From: Oikopleura dioica
Lineage: Eukaryota > Animalia > Chordata
NCBI GenBank assembly: GCA_907165135.1
Contig: CAJRAX010000010.1
Coordinates: forward strand, 4,434 to 68,433
Length of the DNA: 64,000 bases
Direction: 5' to 3'
Below the pieces are notes generated by a model. The model was not told where the DNA came from and ran no database searches. It saw only the letters and a program-made list of their open reading frames with translations. A program made the translations under genes and the position numbers. Position 1 is the stretch's first letter; the number at the start of each line of letters is the position of its first letter. This document shows, piece after piece, positions 45,350 through 58,357 of this stretch.

Positions 45350-48261
45350 GTAAATTATCTGAAAACGCAAAAAAACGCATCAGAATTTCTATTAATTTTT
45401 TTTTTTATTTTAATGAACTGTAAATCATCTGAAATTGCCAAAAAACGCATCAGAATTTTTCTTAATTTTTTTCGATTTTTCTGAACTGTAAATACTCTGA
45501 AAACGCCAAAAAACGCATCAGAATTTTTCTTAATTTTTTTTTATATTTTTATGAACTGTAAATCATCTGAAAACGCCAAAAAACGCATCAGAATTTTTAT
45601 TAATTTTTTTTTATATTTTTATAAACTGTAAATTATCTGAAAACGCCAAAAAATGCATCAGAATTTTTTTTTTTTTGTTATTTTAATGAACTGTTAATCA
45701 TCTGAAAACGCCAAAAACGCATCAGATTTTTTATTAATTTTTTTTTTTATTTTTATGAACTGTAAATCATCTAAAAACGCCAAAAAACGCATCAGAATTT
45801 TTATTAATTTTTTTTTTCGATTTTTTTGAACTGTAAATTATCTGAAAACGCAAAAAAACGCATCAGAATTTTTATTAATTTTTTTTTTTATTTTTATGAA
45901 CTGTAAATCATCTGAAAACGCCAAAAAATCCATCAGAATTTTTATTTATTTTTTTTTATTATTTTTATGAACTGTAAATCATCTGAAAACGCCAAAAAAC
46001 GCATCAGAGTTTTTTTTTATTTTTATGAACTGTAAATCATCTGAAAACGCCAAAAAACGCATCAGAATTTTTTTTTATTTTTTTTCGATTTTTTTGAACT
46101 GTAAATTATCTGAAAACGCCAAAAAACGAATCAGAATTCTTTTTAATTTTTTTTTTATTTTTATGAACTATAAATCATCTGAAAACGCCAAAAAACGCAT
46201 TTGAATTTTTTTTAATTTTTTTTATATTTTTTTGTACTGTAAATTATCTGAAAACGCCAAAAAACGCATCAGAATTTTTTTTATTTTTTTTCGATTTTTT
46301 TGAACTGTAAATTATCTGAAAACGCCAAAAAACGCATCAGAATTCTTTTTAATTTTTTTTATATTTTTTTGTACTGTAAATTATCTGAAAACGCAAAAAA
46401 ACGCATCAGAATTTTTATTAATTTTTTTTTATATTTTTATGAACTGTAAATCATCTGAAAACGCCAAAAAATCCATCAGAATTTTTATTTATTTTTTTTT
46501 ATTATTTTTATGAACTGTAAATCATCTGAAAACGCAAAAAAACGCATCAGAGTTTTTTTTTATTTTTTTTTATTTTTATGAACTGTAAATCATCTGAAAA
46601 CGCCAAAAAACGCATCAAAGTTTTTTTTTATTTTTTTTTATTTTTATGAACTGTAAATCATCTGAAAACGCCAAAAAACGCATCAGAGTTTTTTTTTATT
46701 TTTTTATTTTTATGAACTGTAAATCATCTGAAAACGCCAAAAAACGCATCAGAGTTTTTTTTTATTTTTTTTTATTTTTATGAACTGTAAATCATCTGAA
46801 AACGCCAAAAAACGCATCAGAGTTTTTTTTTATTTTTTTATTTTTATGAACTGTAAATCATCTGAAAACGCCAAAAAACGCATCAGAGTTTTTTTTTTTT
46901 TTTTTATTTTTATGAACTGTAAATCATCTGAAAACGCCAAAAACGCATCAGAGTTTTTTTATTTTTTTATTTTTATGAACTGTAAATCATCTGAAAACGC
47001 CAAAAAACGCATCAGAATTTTTTTATTTTTTTCGATTTTTTGAACTGTAAATTATCTGAAAACGCCAAAAAACGCATCAGAATTCTTTTTAATTTTTTTT
47101 TTATTTTTATGAACTATAAATCATCTGAAAACGCCAAAAAACGCATCAGAATTTTTTTTAATTTTTTTTATATTTTTTTGTACTGTAAATTATCTGAAAA
47201 CGCAAAAAAACCCATCAGAATTTTTATTAATTTTTTTTTTTATTTTTATGAACTGTCAATCATCTGAAAACGCCAAAAAATCCATCAGAATTTTTCTTAA
47301 TCTTTTTTTTTATTTTTATGAATTGTTAATCATCTGAAAACGCCAAAAAACGCATCAGAATTTCCTTAATTTTTTTCGATTTTTTTGAACTATAAATTAT
47401 CTGAAAACGCAAAAAAACGCATCAGAATTTTTATTAATTTTTTTTTTTATTTTTATGAACTGTAAATCATCTGAAAACGCCAAAAAATCCATCAGAATTT
47501 TTATCTATTTTTTTTTATTATTTTTATGAACTGTAAATCATCTGAAAACGCCAAAAAACGCATCAGAGTTTTTTTTTATTATTTTTCGATTTTTTTGAAC
47601 TGTAAATTATCTGAAAACGCCAAAAACGCATCAGAATTCTTTTTTATTTTTTTATTTTTATGAACTATAAATCATCTGAAAACGCCAAAAACGCATCAGA
47701 ATTTCCTTAATTTTTTCGATTTTTTGAACTGTAAATTATCTGAAAACGCAAAAACGCATCAGAATTTTTATTAATTTTTTATTTTTATAAACTGTAAATC
47801 ATCTGAAAACGCCAAAAATCCATCAGAATTTTAATTAATTTTTTATTTTTATGAACTGTAAATCATCTGAAAACGCCAAAAACGCATCAGAATTTTTTTA
47901 TTTTTTTTATTTTTATGAAATGTAAATCATCTGAAAACGCAAAAAAACGCATCAGAATTTTTTTTTTTTTTATTTTTATGAACTGTTAATCATCTGGAAA
48001 CGCCAAAAAACGCATCAGAATTTTTTTTTATTTTTTTTTTCATTTTTATGAACTGTAAATCATCTGAAAACGCCAAAATACGCATCAGAATTTTTATTCA
48101 TTTTTTTATTTTTATGAACTGTAAATCATCTGAAAACGCCAAAAAACGCATCAGAATTTTTTTTATTTTTTTTTCATTTTTATGAACTGTAAATCATCTG
48201 AAAACGCCAAAATACGCATCAGAATTTTTATTCATTTTTTTTTATTTTTATGAACTGTAAA
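45350..48261 (+). repeat. Subtelomeric satellite block
   Basis: Same monomer; includes a run of CATCAGAGT variants at ~46540-46960. Confidence 0.97.
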
Positions 48262-49583
48262 TGATACAATAGTCAAGAAATAAAGAGAAAAAAAAAATCA
48301 AATTTTATGTCACGGGCGAAATAAGCTCAGTCTAAGTCTAAAGATACTGCCCAATATTCACAAATACTTCAAAAAGATGGCGTTGAAAATCCGCCCAAAT
48401 CTTCTCCTCACGGTCAAACAAAAATCATTCACTAGTAAAAGATCTGTTTGCGCTCATATGTTGATCAGTGCTAGAACCACTATCAACCTCTATGATTAGC
48501 GAGCGATCGCTTTGGTTCTCTGGAAAATGCTCTCATCATAATCAACCGGTTCGGGGTAAAAACTAAGCGGCAAAGTCTAGGTTATTATTGCACGTACGCG
48601 TGTGGATTGTCACAACTGTACTACTTATTATTTCTTCAGCTTTCGCTTATCTGGCCGCTTGAGCCCCACGCATGAAACTCATTTATCAATCATTAATTTA
48701 TTCTCAAAGAAAAAAATCAAAATTCTTTAAATTTATTGCATGCGGAATTACGTGAAATTCGACTTAAATTCTTATTGTTAAATTGAACTTTATCATCTAG
48801 TTCTTGTTCTAAACTGATTCTGAAATCAACGAGGATAATTCAATTGCTGCGGACAATTACGGGTTCTACCGCCCCGTCTTCTCTTCTACCATTTTCGCCG
48901 ACTTCAGATGGCACTCCTTGGGCGACTGTGCAGATACGGGAGACCTGAGCGGTTCCTTATCTCCGATGAGGCTTGACGCCAAGTATCGAGTTAAGAGAAA
49001 CGCGTCAGTAACTGCCGCTAGGTGAGCCGAAGTTATATAATATTTTCTGTAATTTAACATTTTATTTAACTGTAATTTTACTTGTTTTTTTTAACGCTTA
49101 ATTATATTAATTATAACTGGCCGATAATTATTATAATTTATTTAAATTACTTCTATCTGTATTTTTTTATGTGTTTCTTACTCTTTTCTATATCCTGGAA
49201 TCTACAATCTGCGCAAAACGCAACTTCAACCCTTCACATGTTCGCCAAAATGATGAATAAAAATGCTGCGAGAACCCGGCTCCGGCGCAAGAAAAATGTT
49301 CTGAAAAGAACGCCAAAAACATTCAACCGGATGAACTTTTGCGAACCAGTCTATTTTTATTGTTTTTATTATAACGCTTTGTTTTGCGCGCCTTTGTCAA
49401 AATTTGTTTACGAATTGCACCTGCGCATTTTGGATGCATTTCGCTCACCGCCAAAAAATAGTCAGACTTCCAATAAACCAAAAACAGCGAAAAGCTTTTA
49501 TTTTTTTCGCGAATTTCTTGCAGGAAAATTTAATTAGGTTTAGAATTTTTTAATTGCAATCAACGAAGAAAACGCTGGTATCA
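48262..49583 (+). mobile_element. Solo LTR, family D
   Basis: 1322 bp, TGATAC...GTATCA, TSD GTAAA (48257-48261 and 49584-49588); orientation inferred from shared TCACGGGCGAAATA and TGCACGTACGCGTGTG boxes. Confidence 0.88.
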
Positions 49584-52500
49584 GTAAATCATCTGAAAAC
49601 GCCAAAAAACGCATCAGAATTTTTTTTTTAATTTTTTTTTTATTTCGATGAATTGTAAATCATCTTGAAACGCCAAAAAACGCATCAGAATTTTTCTTAA
49701 TTTTTTCGTTTATTTTTATGAACTGTAAATCAAATGAAAACGTCAAAAAACTTATCAGAATTTTTCTTAATTTTTTTTATATTTTTAAGAACTGTAAACC
49801 ATCTGAAAACGCCAAAAAACGCATCAGAATTTATATTTATTTTTTTTCTATTTTTATGAACTGTAAATCATCTGAAAACGCAAAAAACGCAACAGAATTT
49901 ATATTTATTTTTTTTTATTTTTATGAACTGTAAATCATTTAAAAACGCCAAAAAACGCATCAGAATTTTTCTTAATTTTTTTCGATTTTTTGAACTGTAA
50001 ATTATCTGAAAACGCCAAAAACGCATCAGAATTTTTTAATTTTTTATTTTTTGAACTGTAAATTATCTGAAAACGCCAAAAACGCATCAGACTTTCTATT
50101 TATTTTTTTATTTTTATGAACTGTAAATCATCTGAAAACGCCAAAAACGCATCAGAATTTTTTTATTTTTTTCATTTTTATGAACTGTAAATTATCTGAA
50201 AACGCCAAAAACGCATCAGAATTTTTTTAATTTTTTATTTTTATGAACTGTTAATCATCTGAAAACGCAAAACGACGCATCAGAATTTTTTATTTTTATT
50301 TCATTTTTATGAAATGTAAATCATCTGAAAACGCCAAAAACGCATCAGAATTTTTTTATTTTTTTCATTTTTATGAACTGTAAATCATCTGAAAACGCCA
50401 AAAACGCATCAGAATTTTTCTTAATTTTTTTCGATTTTTTTGAACTGGAAATTATCTGAAAACGCCAAAAAATGCATCAGAATTTTTATTATTTTTTTTT
50501 GATTTTTATGAACTGTAAATCATCTAAAAACGCAAAAAACGCAACAGAATTTATATTTATTTTTTTTTATTTTTATGAACTGTAAATCATTTAAAAACGC
50601 CAAAAAACGCATCAGAATTTTTCTTAATTTTTTCGATTTTTTGAACTGTAAATTATCTGAAAACGCCAAAAACGCATCAGAATTTTTTTAATTTTTTATT
50701 TTTTGAACTGTAAATTATCTGAAAACGCCAAAAAACGCATCAGACTTTCTATTTTTTTTTTTATTTTTATGAACTGTAAATCATCTGAAAACGCCAAAAA
50801 ACGCATCAGAATTTTTTTTATTTTTTTTTTCATTTTTATGAACTGTAAATTATCTGAAAACGCCAAAAAACGCATCAGAATTTTTTTTAATTTTTTTTTT
50901 ATTTTTATGAACTGTTAATCATCTGAAAACGCAAAACGACGCATCAGAATTTTTTTATTTTTATTTCATTTTTATGAAATGTAAATCATCTGAAAACGCC
51001 AAAAAACGCATCAGAATTTTTTTTTATTTTTTTTTTTCATTTTTATGAACTGTAAATCATCTGAAAACGCCAAAAAACGCATCAGAATTTTTCTTAATTT
51101 TTTTCGATTTTTTTGAACTGGAAATTATCTGAAAACGCCAAAAAATGCATCAGAATTTTTATTATTTTTTTGATTTTTATGAACTGTTAATTATCTGAAA
51201 ACGCCAAAAACGCATCAGAATTTTTTAATTTTTTTTTAATGAACTGTTAATCATCTGAAAACGCCAAAAACGCATCAGAATTTTTCTTAATTTTTTCGAT
51301 TTTTTGAACTGTAAATTATCTGAAAACGCCAAAAACGCATCAGAATTTTTTTAATTTTTTATTTTTATGAACTGTAAATTATCTGAAAACGCCAAAAAAC
51401 GAATCAGAATTTTTCTCAATTTTTTTTTTTATTTTTATGAATTGTAAATTATCTGAAAACGCCAAAAAACGCATCAGAATTTTTATTAATTTTTTTTTTA
51501 TTTTTATGAACTGTAAACCATCTGAAAACGCCAAAAACGCATCAGAATTTTTCTTAATTTTTTATATTTTTATGAACTGTAAATCATCTGAAAACGCCAA
51601 AAAACGCATCAGAATTTTTATTTATTTATTTTTTATTTTTATGAACTGTAAATCATCTTAAAACGCAAAAAACGCATCAGAATTTATCTTTATTTTTTTT
51701 TTATTTTTATGAACTGTTAATCATCTAAAAACGCCAAAAAACGCATAAGAATTTTTCTTAATTTTTTACGATTTTTTGAACTGTAAATTATCTGAAAACG
51801 CCAAAAAACACATAAGAATTTTTTTTAATTTTTTTTTATTTTTTTGAACTGTAAATTATCTAAAAACGCCAAAAAACGCATCAGAATTTCTATTAATTTT
51901 TTTTTTTATTTTTATGAACTGTAAATCATCTGAAAACGCCAAAAAACGCATCAGAATTTCCTTAATTTTTTTCGATTTTTTTGAACTGTAAATTATCTGA
52001 AAACGCAAAAAAACGCATCAGAATTTTTATTAATTTTTTTTTTTTATTTTTATGAACTGTAAATCATCTGAAAACGCCAAAAAATCCATCAGAATTTTTA
52101 CCTTTTTTTTTATTATTTTTATGAACTGTAAATCATCTGAAAACGCCAAAAAACGCATCAGAGTTTTTTTTTATTATTTTTCGATTTTTTTGAACTGTAA
52201 ATTATCTGAAAACGCCAAAAAACGCATCAGAATTCTTTTTTATTTTTTTTTATTTTTATGAACTATAAATCATCTGAAAACGCCAAAAACGCATCAGAAT
52301 TTCCTTAATTTTTTCGATTTTTTGAACTGTAAATTATCTGAAAACGCAAAAACGCATCAGAATTTTTATTAATTTTTTTTTATTTTTATAAACTGTAAAT
52401 CATCTAAAACGCCAAAAATCCATCAGAATTTTAATTAATTTTTTATTTTTATGAACTGTAAATCATCTGAAAACGCCAAAAACGCATCAGAATTTTTTTA

Positions 52501-55500
52501 TTTTTTTATTTTTATGAAATGTAAATCATCTGAAAACGCAAAAACGCATCAGAATTTTTCTTTTTTTTATTTTTATGAACTGTTAATCATCTGGAAACGC
52601 CAAAAAACGCATCAGAATTTTTTTTTATTATTTTTTTCATTTTTATGAACTGTAAATCATCTGAAAACGCCAAAATACGCATCAGAATTTTTATTCATTT
52701 TTTTATTTTTATGAACTGTAAATCATGTGAAAACGCCAAAAACGCATCAGAATTTTTTTATTTTTTTATTTTTATGAACTGTAAATCATCTGAAAACGCC
52801 AAAATACGCATCAGAATTTTTATTCATTTTTTTATTTTTATGAACTGTAAATCATCTGAAAACGCCAAAAACGCATCAGAATTTTTTTAATTTTTTTTTT
52901 ATTTCGATGAATTGTAAATCATCTTGAAACGCCAAAAACGCATCAGAATTTTTCTTAATTTTTCGTTTATTTTTATGAACTGTAAATCAAATGAAAACGT
53001 CAAAAACTTATCAGAATTTTTCTTAATTTTTTTTATATTTTTAAGAACTGTAAACCATCTGAAAACGCCAAAAACGCATCAGAATTTATATTTATTTTTT
53101 TTCTATTTTTATGAACTGTAAATCATCTGAAAACGCAAAAAACGCATCAGAATTTTTAATTATTTTTTTTTTTATTTTTATGAACTGTAAATCATCTGAA
53201 AACGCAAAAAACGCATCAGAATTTATATTTATTTTTTTATTTTTATGAACTGTTAATCATTTAAAAACGCCAAAAACGCATCAGAATTTTTCTTAATTTT
53301 TTCGATTTTTTTGAACTGTAAATTATCTGAAAACGCCAAAAACGCATCAGAATTTTTTTAATTTTTTTTATTTTTTGAACTGTAAATTATCTGAAAACGC
53401 CAAAAACGCATCAGACTTTCTATTAATTTTTTTATTTTTATGAACTGTAAATCATCTGAAAACGCCAAAAACGCATCAGAATTTTTTTATTTTTTTCATT
53501 TTTATGAACTGTAAATTATCTGAAAACGCCAAAAAACGCATCAGAATTTTTTTTAATTTTTTTTTTATTTTTATGAACTGTTAATCATCTGAAAACGCAA
53601 AACGACGCATCAGAATTTCTTTATTTTTATTTCATTTTTATGAACTGTAAATCATCTGAAAACGCCAAAAAACGCATCAGAATTTTTCTTAATTTTTTTC
53701 GATTTTTTTGAACTGGAAATTATCTGAAAACGCCAAAAAATGCATCAGAATTTTTATTATTTTTTTTTTGATTTTTATGAACTGTTAATTATCTGAAAAC
53801 GCCAAAAACGCATCAGAATTTTTTTAATTTTTTTTTATGAACTGTTAATCATCTGAAAACGCCAAAAACGCATCAGAATTTTTCTTAATTTTTTCGATTT
53901 TTTGAACTGTAAATTATCTGAAAACGCCAAAAACGCATCAGAATTTTTTTAATTTTTTTATTTTTATGAACTGTAAATTATCTGAAAACGCCAAAAACGA
54001 ATCAGAATTTTTCTCAATTTTTTTTATTTTTATGAATTGTAAATTATCTGAAAACGCCAAAAACGCATCAGAATTTTTATTAATTTTTTTATTTTTATGA
54101 ACTGTAAACCATCTGAAAACGCCAAAAACGCATCAGAATTTTTCTTAATTTTTTTATTTTTTATGAACTGTAAATCATCTGAAAACGCCAAAAAACGCAT
54201 CAGAATTTTTATTTATTTATTTTTTATTTTTATGAACTGTAAATCATCTTAAAACGCAAAAAACGCATCAGAATTTATCTTTATTTTTTTTTTATTTTTA
54301 TGAACTGTTAATCATCTAAAAACGCCAAAAACGCATAAGAATTTTTCTTAATTTTTACGATTTTTTGAACTGTAAATTATCTGAAAACGCCAAAAACACA
54401 TCAGAATTTTTTTAATTTTTTTTATTTTTTGAACTGTAAATTATCTAAAAACGCCAAAAACGCATCAGAATTTCTATTAATTTTTTTATTTTTATGAACT
54501 GTAAATCATCTGAAAACGCCAAAAAACGCATCAGAATTTTTTTTTCATTTTTATGAACTGTAAATCGTCTAAAAACGCGAAAAAACGCATCAGAATAATT
54601 TTGCAATTTTCATGAACTAAACATCGTCTAAAAACGCGAAAAAACGCATCAGATTATCTTCTTGATTTTTATGAACTAAACATCGTCTAAAAACGCGAAA
54701 AAACGAATCAGAATATTTTCGCGATTTTTATGAACTAAACATCTTCTAAAAACGCGCATCAGAATGTTTTCTCGATTTTTATGAACTAAACATCGTCTCA
54801 AAACGCGAAAAAAACGCATCAGAATATTTTCGCAATTTTAATTAACTAAACATCGTCTAAAAACGCGAAAAAACGCATCAGAATATTTTCGCGATTTTGA
54901 TGAACTAAACATCGTCTAAAAACGCAAAAAACGCATAAGAAAGTTTTCTTGATTTTTATGAACTTAACATCGTCTAAAAACGCGAAAAAACCTATCAGAA
55001 TATCTTCGCGATTTCTATGAATTAAACATCGTCTAAAAACGCAAAAAAAACGCATCAGAATATTTTTTTGATTTTTATGAAATAAATATCGTCTAAAAAC
55101 GCGTAATAACGCATCAGACTTTCTATTAATTTTTTTTTTTATTTTTATGAACTGTAAATCATCTGAAAACGCCAAAAAACGCATCAGAATTTTTTTTATT
55201 TTTTTTTTCATTTTTATGAACTGTAAATTATCTGAAAACGCCAAAAAACGCATCAGAATTTTTTAATTTTTTTTTTATTTTTATGAACTGTTAATCATCT
55301 GAAAACGCAAAACGACGCATCAGAATTTCTTTATTTTTATTTCATTTTTATGAACTGTAAATCATCTGAAAACGCCAAAAAACGCATCAGAATTTTTCTT
55401 AATTTTTTCGATTTTTGAACTGGAAATTATCTGAAAACGCCAAAAATGCATCAGAATTTTTATTATTTTTTTGATTTTTATGAACTGTTAATTATCTGAA

Positions 55501-57088
55501 AACGCCAAAAACGCATCAGAATTTTTTTAATTTTTTTATGAACTGTTAATCATCTGAAAACGCCAAAAAACGCATCAGAATTTTTCTTAATTTTTTCGAT
55601 TTTGAACTGTAAATTATCTGAAAACGCCAAAAACGCATCAGAATTTTTTAATTTTTTATTTTTATGAACTGTAAATTATCTGAAAACGCCAAAAAACGAA
55701 TCAGAATTTTTCTCAATTTTTTTTTTTTATTTTTATGAATTGTAAATTATCTGAAAACGCCAAAAAACGCATCAGAATTTTTATTAATTTTTTATTTTTA
55801 TGAACTGTAAACCATCTGAAAACGCCAAAAAACGCATCAGAATTTTTCTTAATTTTTTATTTTTATGAACTGTAAATCATCTGAAAACGCCAAAAAACGC
55901 ATCAGAATTTTTATTTATTTATTTTTATTTTTATGAACTGTAAATCATCTTAAAACGCCAAAAAACGCATCAGAATTTTTTTTTATTTTTTTTTTATTTT
56001 TATGAACTGTTAATCATCTAAAAACGCCAAAAAACGCATAAGAATTTTTCTTAATTTTTTACGATTTTTTGAACTGTAAATTATCTGAAAACGCCAAAAA
56101 ACACATCAGAATTTTTTTCAATTTTTTTTTTTATTTTTTTGAACTGTAAATTATCTAAAAACGCCAAAAAACGCATCAGAATTTCTATTAATTTTTTTTT
56201 TATTTTTATGAACTGTAAATCATCTGAAAACGCCAAAAAACGCATCAGAATTTTTTTTTTTTTTTTCATTTTTATGAACTGTTAATCATCTGAAAACGCA
56301 AAACGACGCATCAGAATTTCTTTATTTTTATTTCATTTTTATGAACTGTAAATCATCTGAAAACGCCAAAAACGCATCAGAATTTTTCTTATATTTTTTT
56401 CGATTTTTTTGAACTGGAAATTATCTGAAAACGCCAAAAAATGCATCAGAATTTTTATTATTTTTTTTTTGATTTTTATGAACTGTTAATTATCTGAAAA
56501 CGCCAAAAACGCATCAGAATTTTTTAATTTTTTTATGAACTGTTAATCATCTGAAAACGCCAAAAACGCATCAGAATTTTCTTAATTTTTTCGATTTTTT
56601 GAACTGTAAATTATCTGAAAACGCCAAAAACGCATCAGAATTTTTTAATTTTTTTATTTTTATGAACTGTAAATTATCTGAAAACGCCAAAAAACGAATC
56701 AGAATTTTTCTCAATTTTTTTTATTTTTATGAATTGTAAATTATCTGAAAACGCCAAAAAACGCATCAGAATTTTTATTAATTTTTTTTTTATTTTTATG
56801 AACTGTAAACCATCTGAAAACGCCAAAAAACGCATCAGAATTTTTCTTAATTTTTTTTTATATTTTTATGAACTGTAAATCATCTGAAAACGCCAAAAAA
56901 CGCATCAGAATTTTTATTTATTTATTTTTTATTTTTATGAACTGTAAATCATCTTAAAACGCAAAAAACGCATCAGAATTTATCTTTATTTTTTTTTTAT
57001 TTTTATGAACTGTTAATCATCTAAAAACGCCAAAAAACGCATAAGAATTTTTCTTAATTTTTTACGATTTTTTGAACTGTAAATTATC
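49584..57088 (+). repeat. Distal satellite block with ~1-kb duplicated units
   Basis: Same monomer; marker variants AAAACGACGC, GAACTGGAAA, CGAATCAG and CATAAGAA recur in fixed order. Confidence 0.96.
54553..55118 (+). repeat. Divergent satellite subfamily (~10 monomers)
   Basis: Monomer TGAACTAAACATCGTCTAAAAACGCGAAAAAACGCATCAGAATATTTTCGCGATTTTTA, found nowhere else in the window. Confidence 0.9.
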
Positions 57089-57091
57089 AGC

Positions 57092-57790
57092 GTTCATAAA
57101 AATAAAAAATAAATAAATAAAAATTCTGATGCGTTTTTTGGCGTTTTCAGATGATTTACAGTTCATAAAAATAAAAAATTAAGAAAAATTCTGATGCTTT
57201 TTTTGGCGTTTTCAGATGGTTTACAGTTCATAAAAATAAAAAATTAATAAAAATTTGATGCGTTTTTTGGCGTTTTCAGATAATTTACAATTCATAAAAA
57301 TAAAAAAAAAAAATTGAGAAAAATTCTGATTCGTTTTTTGGCGTTTTCAGATAATTTACAGTTCATAAAAATAAAAAAAAAATTAAAAAAAATTCTGATG
57401 CGTTTTTTGGCGTTTTCAGATAATTTACAGTTCAAAAAAATCGAAAAAAATTAAGAAAAATTCTGATGCGTTTTTTGGCGTTTTCAGATGATTAACAGTT
57501 CATAAAAAAAAAAAATTAAAAAAAATTCTGATGCGTTTTTTGGCGTTTTCAGATAATTAACAGTTCATAAAAATCAAAAAAAAAATAATAAAAATTCTGA
57601 TGCATTTTTTGGCGTTTTCAGATAATTTCCAGTTCAAAAAAATCGAAAAAAATTAAGAAAAATTCTGATGCGTTTTTTGGCGTTTTCAGATGATTTACAG
57701 TTCATAAAAATGAAATAAAAATAAAGAAATTCTGATGCGTCGTTTTGCGTTTTCAGATGATTAACAGTTCATAAAAATAAAAAAAAAATT
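57092..57790 (-). repeat. Inverted satellite block 1
   Basis: Reverse-complement monomers (TTCTGATGCGTTTTTTGGCGTTTTCAGATGATTTACAGTTCA); mirrors ~56270-56942. Confidence 0.93.
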
Positions 57791-58354
57791 AATTTTTTTT
57801 TATTATTTTTCGATTTTTTTGAACTGTAAATTATCTGAAAACGCCAAAAAACGCATCAGAATTCTTTTTTATTTTTTTTTTTATTTTTATGAACTATAAA
57901 TCATCTGAAAACGCCAAAAAACGCATCAGAATTTCCTTAATTTTTTTCGATTTTTTTGAACTGTAAATTATCTGAAAACGCAAAAAAACGCATCAGAATT
58001 TTTATTAATTTTTTTTTATTTTTATAAACTGTAAATCATCTGAAAACGCCAAAAAATCCATCAGAATTTTAATTAATTTTTTTTTTATTTTTATGAACTG
58101 TAAATCATCTGAAAACGCCAAAAACGCATCAGAATTTTTTTATTTTTTTATTTTTATGAAATGTAAATCATCTGAAAACGCAAAAAAACGCATCAGAATT
58201 TTCTTTTTTTATTTTTATGAACTGTTAATCATCTGGAAACGTTAAAAACGCATCAGAATTTTTTTATTTTTTTCATTTTTATGAACTGTAAATCATCTGA
58301 AAACGCCAAAATACGCATCAGAATTTTTATTCATTTTTTTTTTATTTTTATGAA
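57791..58354 (+). repeat. Forward satellite block between the inversions
   Basis: Variant order matches ~52165-52705. Confidence 0.9.
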
Positions 58355-58357
58355 TTA

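Noticed and set aside
1468-56269. Many 60-135 aa ORFs of the MNCKSSENAKKRIRIF / MRFLAFSDDLQFIK type
   Set aside because: They are translations of the satellite monomer; frame depends on homopolymer length and there is no sign of coding constraint
57084-57090. TATCAG at the first inversion junction resembling an LTR end
   Set aside because: TTATC is ordinary satellite sequence, and no LTR body or TSD is associated
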